Shown here one piece after another: positions 7,802-12,886 of a stretch of DNA of 12,886 nucleotides. A program made the translations under genes and the position numbers. Position 1 is the stretch's first letter. The number at the start of each line of letters is the position of its first letter. The stretch comes from an uncultured bacterium (GTDB taxonomy: Bacteria; Abyssobacteria; SURF-5): positions 1-12,886 of the forward strand of contig CAZEBC010000120.1 of assembly GCA_964510165.1 (NCBI GenBank), in the 5' to 3' direction. Below the pieces are notes generated by a model. The model saw nothing but the letters and a program-made list of their open reading frames with translations. It did no database searches and was not told the origin of the DNA.

Positions 7802-8920
7802 TTATCTCTCGATAACAATTTCGGCCAATTTACCGGCATTACCCAACAGTTCAATTCCGTAGAGTTCGCGGTTGGCCTTGACTACCTTCTCAATCCAATC
7901 AGGCGGAAGCCCGCTCAATCCGCAATGCGCGCCGACCAGCGCGCCCGTGAAATACGCGCTGCAATCATTGTCCCGAAACCTCACCAGGTTTCCCTCCTCA
8001 TCAATAATCCTGTGATTAGCGGCAATAAGGATGCTCCTCCTCGCGTCTCCCTTTGTGAAATATAGAGCGGCAACGGCCACTGAAACCATTTCAACGGGAT
8101 CGAACACGTGTCGGCCTGCGAAAGCGGATGCAAGGTTTCGAACAAGGTCGCGGTCATTGATGGACGTTCGCGAGATCGAGAGTGCGCGGGGGAGGTTCTC
8201 CACCATGGTCGGCCCGCCAAACAGGCCGCCGAGCCCGAATGGGTTCAGTTCGATCGCGCGTCTGAGCGCCGGTTTCAACTCTTCCCCACCCGCCAACAGG
8301 GACACGATAGCGGCAAAGATACCGACTGCTTCACGCGCATATCCGATATCCATGAAATCGAGCAGGTACGCATGGCGATACGCCTCGTCGGCGTCTCCAA
8401 TGTGAAGCAATCCGGCCGATGCCAGCGCCAGCATGCCCACCAGGGTGGGAAAATCCATTCGGAGACCCGTGTTGACAAGCACCTCGGGCGGAACGCCCGG
8501 ATGAAGCGCGCATTCTCGCCCGAGATGCCCGCAGCACACGCCTTGCCAGTCGGCAAATTGCTTCCGGGCCATCTCGTATCCGTTCGGATAAAACTTTTCG
8601 GGGTGGTCATATCTCTCGATGTATGCCTCGGCAAGATCCCTCGAAGCAATTTCGCGGCCCTTCTTGAGAACGGTTTCTATGAAGATATGGTTGTACCGCG
8701 TGTCGTCTGTGCCCGTGCCGGCGGGCGGGTCCGCAACCCAAATGCCATGCGGGTCAGGCTCGATGCCCCTGTAAGGATACAGTTCATCAATCCAATCCGA
8801 ACCGATGCGCTCCATGATGAAATCGGCGTCGCGAAACTCGAATGCGCCGCCAAGCGAGTCGCCGATGGATGCGCCGACTACGCAACCAGCGATACGGTCT
8901 CGAAGCGTGTTTCGCGACAT
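7802..8920 (-). CDS. ADP-ribosylglycohydrolase (DraG/ARH-like) family protein
   Basis: DRIAGCVVGASIGDSLGGAFEF, metal-binding GTDDT, C-terminal RDNDC and GALVGAHCGLSGLPPDW; RBS GAGGA. Confidence 0.88.
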   Translation of the reverse strand: MSRNTLRDRIAGCVVGASIGDSLGGAFEFRDADFIMERIGSDWIDELYPYRGIEPDPHGIWVADPPAGTGTDDTRYNHIFIETVLKKGREIASRDLAEAYIERYDHPEKFYPNGYEMARKQFADWQGVCCGHLGRECALHPGVPPEVLVNTGLRMDFPTLVGMLALASAGLLHIGDADEAYRHAYLLDFMDIGYAREAVGIFAAIVSLLAGGEELKPALRRAIELNPFGLGGLFGGPTMVENLPRALSISRTSINDRDLVRNLASAFAGRHVFDPVEMVSVAVAALYFTKGDARRSILIAANHRIIDEEGNLVRFRDNDCSAYFTGALVGAHCGLSGLPPDWIEKVVKANRELYGIELLGNAGKLAEIVIER

Positions 8921-8934
8921 TGGTCGCTTCCTCT

Positions 8935-10446
8935 TCAGTTCGCGGTGCGCCCGAAATTGTCGGCCGGCAATTCATCAGCCGCCCTCAGTATCGAGATAAT
9001 GAGATTCGTCGTTGGAACAAGTTGGTCGCGAGCAACAGTCTCGGGCGTATCCTCCTTGAAAAACATATAGGGTGGATTGGAGAGCAGCCCGACCACGGGC
9101 TTTCCGGCCTCATAGAATTCGCCAGAGATTCCCCGCGCCTTGCCTGTTGTTTTCCTGACAATCCATTGCGGAATAATGACGCAGCGCCGATAATCATTGC
9201 GCAGGATGGCGGACTTGACGATTCCGTTAACATTCTTGTTCCAAGTGGTCAGAAACATCCTCGGAGACGGTTGCTCCGAGCACGAAAAAGCCATGTCCTC
9301 TCGAGCAAGGAACTCTTTGGCGATATGCTCGACCGAAATCACGAGGACCGTATCCGAGAGTAGAAAATCGCGATGCCGCTCTACAAACGCCATTTCGCCA
9401 AGTCGCCCAAGCATGTGCCCGCCGCCTGCAAGAAAAACAATGCCTCTCTTGAGCGGGCGCTCCTCGTGCACATGCGAAAAGTGCTTCGCCAATGCGAGCA
9501 CAATGGAGACGCCGCTGGCGTCCTGCACGGCATTTGAAAATGGCGCGTCATGGTGGCACATGACGATATAATATTCGTTGACCCGGCCGGGCAACACCGC
9601 CCAAAGGTTGTACGTCTGCGACCGGCCTTGCTCGGCATCCATCTTCATGATCGCAGTCACATCGCCGCGCGCGAGCCACTCCTTGACCACTGCGGAATTC
9701 TTAGGGCTCACCCAATAGCCGGGTATCTTCTTGCTGACACCGTGGTTAAGCTGCGGGCAGAACGTGTCCGATTCCCACGGAAGAGCCGAGAGCAGGCCCA
9801 CCATCCCCATCGCGCCTGCCGACACAAGCCGATCGTAAATACTCCGCTCAGCCGTTTCCACCATATTAGGGATCGTATATCCCTTGGGTATGCTGCGGGC
9901 GGGATCATAGAAGAAGAACAAGCGCCGGTAAAGTTCCCACCCTTGCGGTTTCAGCGGTTGCTCGAAGACGGCGACCTTGCCCGCGAGTTCAAGTGAAGCC
10001 ATCTCACCTCCCTCGCCAATTAAAACCGCCTCGCCCTCCTCAGCTTCGGACTGCGTGGCCGCGGGAAACGGCATCGGGTACGTGGGAACCGGAATTTCCT
10101 CGCCGCTCGGTTCATGCCGCAGGGTCAGACTCCACTCGCCCACGCGCGCGGTCTCGACCGCGACCGGTTCCGGCTCGGCGACATCCAGCCCGAATTCCTC
10201 GAATTTCTCCTGTATGAACTCGCGGGTTCGCTCGTCGCTTTCCGACGCCGGCTTGCGCGGTCCGAACGAGACTATCCGCTCGATCCAACCGAAAATCTCC
10301 TCGTCCGTCACCGACGTTCTCTCCGCCGCGACCTCAAACTCGGGGAACGTTCGCAGCCTGTACCACGCGTAGATGAGAACCCCTCCTGCGACAACCAGAA
10401 CGCAGACAAGAATCAGAGCGAACACTTTCATTGCTTTTCCCATCAT
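8935..10446 (-). CDS. M28 family peptidase-like protein with PA-like insert and N-terminal membrane anchor; atypical ligand set
   Basis: N-terminal hydrophobic helix, FGPRKPAS, LAGKVAV (PA-like), YNLWAVLPG, CHHD, AVQDASG..VLALA, RGIVFL, C-terminal EDTPE. Start could be 10446, 10443 or 10431. Confidence 0.8.
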   Translation of the reverse strand: MMGKAMKVFALILVCVLVVAGGVLIYAWYRLRTFPEFEVAAERTSVTDEEIFGWIERIVSFGPRKPASESDERTREFIQEKFEEFGLDVAEPEPVAVETARVGEWSLTLRHEPSGEEIPVPTYPMPFPAATQSEAEEGEAVLIGEGGEMASLELAGKVAVFEQPLKPQGWELYRRLFFFYDPARSIPKGYTIPNMVETAERSIYDRLVSAGAMGMVGLLSALPWESDTFCPQLNHGVSKKIPGYWVSPKNSAVVKEWLARGDVTAIMKMDAEQGRSQTYNLWAVLPGRVNEYYIVMCHHDAPFSNAVQDASGVSIVLALAKHFSHVHEERPLKRGIVFLAGGGHMLGRLGEMAFVERHRDFLLSDTVLVISVEHIAKEFLAREDMAFSCSEQPSPRMFLTTWNKNVNGIVKSAILRNDYRRCVIIPQWIVRKTTGKARGISGEFYEAGKPVVGLLSNPPYMFFKEDTPETVARDQLVPTTNLIISILRAADELPADNFGRTAN

Positions 10447-10465
10447 GAAGCCTGAACCGTCAGCC

Positions 10466-11932
10466 TCACCGGTTCTTTCTCAACACCTTTCCGGCGAGCG
10501 CATCCGTCTGCTTTCCGTCCTTGACCGCAAGCGTTCCGTTCACGAGCACATGCGGTATCCCCACCGGAAAACTTCGTGGATTTTCGTAGGTCGCTGTATC
10601 GGCGATCTTGTCGGGATCGAAAACCACGATATCCGCGAAATAGCCCTCTTTGATGAGGCCCCGGTCCTTGATCCCGAGTTTCTGGTGACTCATCGAGGTC
10701 ATCTTCTTGACCGCCTCCTCCAGTGTGAGCACGCGCTTCTCCCTCACGTAACGCCCGAGCACGCGCGGAAACGTGCCATAGAGGCGCGGGTGGGGCTTGC
10801 CTCCCTCGGTCTCGGCGCCGTCCGATCCGATCATCGTGGTCGGATGCTTCATGATTCGGACAACGTCGTCCTCATGCATCTCGAAAAAGATCGCCATGAC
10901 TGCGCCGTCCTCGTCGGAATTGATCTCATCGGCAACGTCCCTCGCACTCTTGCCGCGCTCCTTCGCGATTTCGCTGAGCCTCTTTCCCTCGAGCGAGTGG
11001 TCGTACTTCGCGGATGCAATCAACACTTTTTCCGGGTCCAGGTCTTTCAACGCCAACACGGCCCCCAGCACTGTGCTCGAGGCGGTGTAAGGATACTGGT
11101 CAGCAGTCAAGTCAATCCCCTCGCTCCTCGCCCGCTCTATCAGCTTCAGCGATCTTTCCGACTTGCCCCAATTGGCCTCCCCGTGCGCCTTGTGGTGCGC
11201 AATCTGCACCGCCACGCCGGCGGACCCGCCGATTTCAATCGCTTCACTCACCGCTTCCTCAAGCCGCTCGCCCTCGTCGCGTATGTGAGTCGAGTAGACG
11301 CCGTCATACTCGGCGACCACATTGCACAGTTCAATCAATTCTCGCGTCTCCGCGAAGTTGCCCGGCGGATAGATCAGCCCCGACGAAAGTCCGAACGCGC
11401 CGTCCTCCATCGCGTGGCGCACCAACGTCTTCATCCGCTCCAGTTCTTCCTCGCTCGGCGGATCGGGACTGAGTTGCGTCACATGATATCTGATGATGCC
11501 GTGCGCGGCATAGCTTGCGACGTTCAGTGACGAGCCGCTCTGCTCAAGCGCGCGCAGGTAATCCCCCAATATCGGAAAACCTCTTACGCTCCCTTCGCCG
11601 AACACGAACTTAAGGAAGCTCTGGAAGTATTGCATCACGCCTTCATTCGCCGGAGCGGGTGACAGGCCGCAGTTGCCGACCACATTCGTGGTGACTCCCT
11701 GCATAAGCTTCTCGCTCGCGCCGGGATTCTTCAGAAGCGCGAAGTCGGAGTGAGCATGGATGTCCACAAAGCCCGGCGCCACGACCATCCCCGCCGCGTC
11801 AATGATTGTGGGGGCATCGCCCGGAACCTTTCCGACCGCGCGAATCCTCTCTCCGGCAATCCCCACGTCGCCCTTGAACCCCTCCTTCCCACTCCCGTCC
11901 ACAATCAAGCCGTTTCGAATCATGATGTCCAT
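10466..11932 (-). CDS. N-acyl-D-amino-acid deacylase (D-aminoacylase, amidohydrolase superfamily)
   Basis: VAPGFVDIHAHSD, GVTT..VGNCG, GLSSGLIYPPG, THIRDE, IAHHK, DQYPY, IGSDG, HPRLYGTFPR, ADIVVFDP. Start at ATG 11932 (GGGAG upstream); the ORF-track GTG at 12004 lies upstream of the predicted transcription start. Confidence 0.95.
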   Translation of the reverse strand: MDIMIRNGLIVDGSGKEGFKGDVGIAGERIRAVGKVPGDAPTIIDAAGMVVAPGFVDIHAHSDFALLKNPGASEKLMQGVTTNVVGNCGLSPAPANEGVMQYFQSFLKFVFGEGSVRGFPILGDYLRALEQSGSSLNVASYAAHGIIRYHVTQLSPDPPSEEELERMKTLVRHAMEDGAFGLSSGLIYPPGNFAETRELIELCNVVAEYDGVYSTHIRDEGERLEEAVSEAIEIGGSAGVAVQIAHHKAHGEANWGKSERSLKLIERARSEGIDLTADQYPYTASSTVLGAVLALKDLDPEKVLIASAKYDHSLEGKRLSEIAKERGKSARDVADEINSDEDGAVMAIFFEMHEDDVVRIMKHPTTMIGSDGAETEGGKPHPRLYGTFPRVLGRYVREKRVLTLEEAVKKMTSMSHQKLGIKDRGLIKEGYFADIVVFDPDKIADTATYENPRSFPVGIPHVLVNGTLAVKDGKQTDALAGKVLRKNR

Positions 11933-12004
11933 AATGCGGTTCTCCCATCCCTCCGTAACGAGTTCGGCATTAAGCTTCTCCTGGAATCCCCCTGGTGCAC
12001 GCAC

Positions 12005-12033
12005 ATAATATCCCTATGAATGAAGATAGTCAA
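12005..12033 (-). promoter_or_regulatory. sigma70-type promoter for the hydrolase gene run
   Basis: -35 TTGACT (12033-12028), 17-bp spacer, -10 TATTAT (12010-12005); each box 5/6 consensus. Confidence 0.75.
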
Positions 12034-12058
12034 TATGAAAGCCCCAGCGCAAAAGCAT

Positions 12059-12088
12059 TTGGAATCTTGCTTCCTTGTGGCGTATGAT
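12059..12088 (+). promoter_or_regulatory. Possible divergent sigma70-type promoter for the DUF3795-like gene
   Basis: TTGGAA (12059-12064), 18-bp spacer, TATGAT (12083-12088), upstream of RBS AAAGGAG at 12111-12117. Confidence 0.4.
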
Positions 12089-12124
12089 ATGGAACCAACA
12101 TATTGAATTCAAAGGAGACATGTT

Positions 12125-12574
12125 ATGGCTGTGAACAAAGATTTGCTTGCGCCGTGCGGACTCTACTGCGGGGTCTGCGGAATCTACATCGCCGACCGCG
12201 ACCAGAACACCAAATTCAAGGAGCGGCTGGCGACCGTGTACGGAGTCGCGCCCGAAGAGCTGCGGTGCCGTGGGTGTCTATCTGACGCGCCATTCGGTTA
12301 CTGCAAAACCTGCCTTATCAAATCGTGTACTCGCGAGAAGGGATATGAGAGTTGCCATCAGTGCGCCGATTTCCCGTGCCACCATATCACCAACTTCCCC
12401 TTCGAGGTTGGCAAGAAGGTCATGCTGAGGGCTATTCCCCAGTGGCGCGAGATGGGCACAGAGAAATGGGTGCAGGCCGAAGAGGCCCGCTATCATTGCC
12501 CCCAGTGCGGAAACGCGCTCTTCCGGGGCGCCAAGCGCTGCCACCAGTGCAAGGTCCCCGTGGATATGGATTGA
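12125..12574 (+). CDS. Cys-rich DUF3795-like protein with C-terminal zinc-ribbon-like CxxC pairs
   Basis: APCGLYCGVC, CRGC, CKTCLIKSC, SCHQCADFPC, then CPQCG and CHQC; 15 Cys in 149 aa; strong RBS. Confidence 0.85.
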   Translation: MAVNKDLLAPCGLYCGVCGIYIADRDQNTKFKERLATVYGVAPEELRCRGCLSDAPFGYCKTCLIKSCTREKGYESCHQCADFPCHHITNFPFEVGKKVMLRAIPQWREMGTEKWVQAEEARYHCPQCGNALFRGAKRCHQCKVPVDMD

Positions 12575-12586
12575 GAGCCGCACATA

Positions 12587-12840
12587 ATGATTATTCGCAA
12601 GGCCCGCATTGAAAACGAAGCGCTGGTCACCGCGCTCAACAACTCCTCATTGCAGGCGGGGAGGTCGGCAAGGGCTGGAAAGACGAAGCCAAAATTTTCC
12701 GGCGCGTGCTGGATAATCCCGAACTGGCCGCGATTCTCGTCGCCGAGGAGGACGGGCGAATCGCCGGCATGACCACGCTCTCCTATCCGGTCGCCATCCG
12801 CTGCAACGGACCATACGCCTGCATCGAGGAAAACAAGTAA
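12587..12840 (+). pseudogene. GNAT family N-acetyltransferase remnant (frameshifted and 3'-truncated)
   Basis: Frame 1 from ATG 12587 gives MIIRKARIENEALVTAL. From 12640 another frame gives QLLIAGGEVGKGWKDEAKIFRRVLDNPELAAILVAEEDGRIAGMTTLSYPVAIRCNGPYACIEENK, ending at TAA 12838-12840 just before the expected V..xxRGxGxG acetyl-CoA motif. Confidence 0.8.
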
Positions 12841-12886
12841 TGTCAAGATATTTCTATTTCTGTAAAATGCTCCGTTCTTTTGGTCT

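Noticed and set aside
8108..9070. 320-aa plus-strand ORF and the many other short overlapping ORFs
   Set aside because: They overlap well-supported minus-strand genes, are Arg/Pro/Ser-rich and carry no family motifs.
11020..11100. Apparently short segment after YPYTASST in the D-aminoacylase, suggesting a deletion
   Set aside because: The frame is intact, all catalytic motifs are present, and short-form D-aminoacylases of similar overall length are known.
10373..11530. 385-aa plus-strand ORF
   Set aside because: Antisense shadow of the D-aminoacylase gene; no recognisable motifs. Such shadows are common in GC-rich coding DNA.
12493..12846. 117-aa minus-strand ORF
   Set aside because: Antisense to the GNAT remnant and the DUF3795-like 3' end; the plus-strand reading explains the sequence better.
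1..12886. CRISPR array, tRNA/rRNA, riboswitch, transposase or defence system
   Set aside because: No regularly spaced direct repeats, recognisable structured-RNA signatures or relevant protein motifs were seen; intergenic gaps are short.

Overview
Bacterial window of moderately high GC. A minus-strand run covering ~12 kb starts at a near-consensus sigma70 promoter (TTGACT-17 bp-TATTAT, 12033-12005). In transcription order it encodes: N-acyl-D-amino-acid deacylase, an M28/PA-type peptidase-like protein with non-canonical metal ligands, ADP-ribosylglycohydrolase, Amidohydro_2 enzyme, class C beta-lactamase-like serine hydrolase, 3-hydroxyacyl-CoA dehydrogenase, a decayed glycoside-hydrolase-like pseudogene, a GH1 beta-glycosidase, a CocE/NonD lipoprotein hydrolase, and the first 17 codons of a further gene. 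The pseudogene has two in-frame stops plus a probable internal deletion and appears as three unrelated ORFs in the track. Divergently, a Cys-rich DUF3795-like gene is followed by a frameshifted, truncated GNAT acetyltransferase remnant. Intergenic gaps hold GTAG-type REP-like palindromes and other hairpins. No transporter, regulator, RNA gene, CRISPR array or transposase is visible. The best leads are the mixed-fold hydrolase array, the altered active sites of the M28 and CocE proteins, the two hidden pseudogenes and the REP-like elements. All family calls rest on motif recognition, not database searches.
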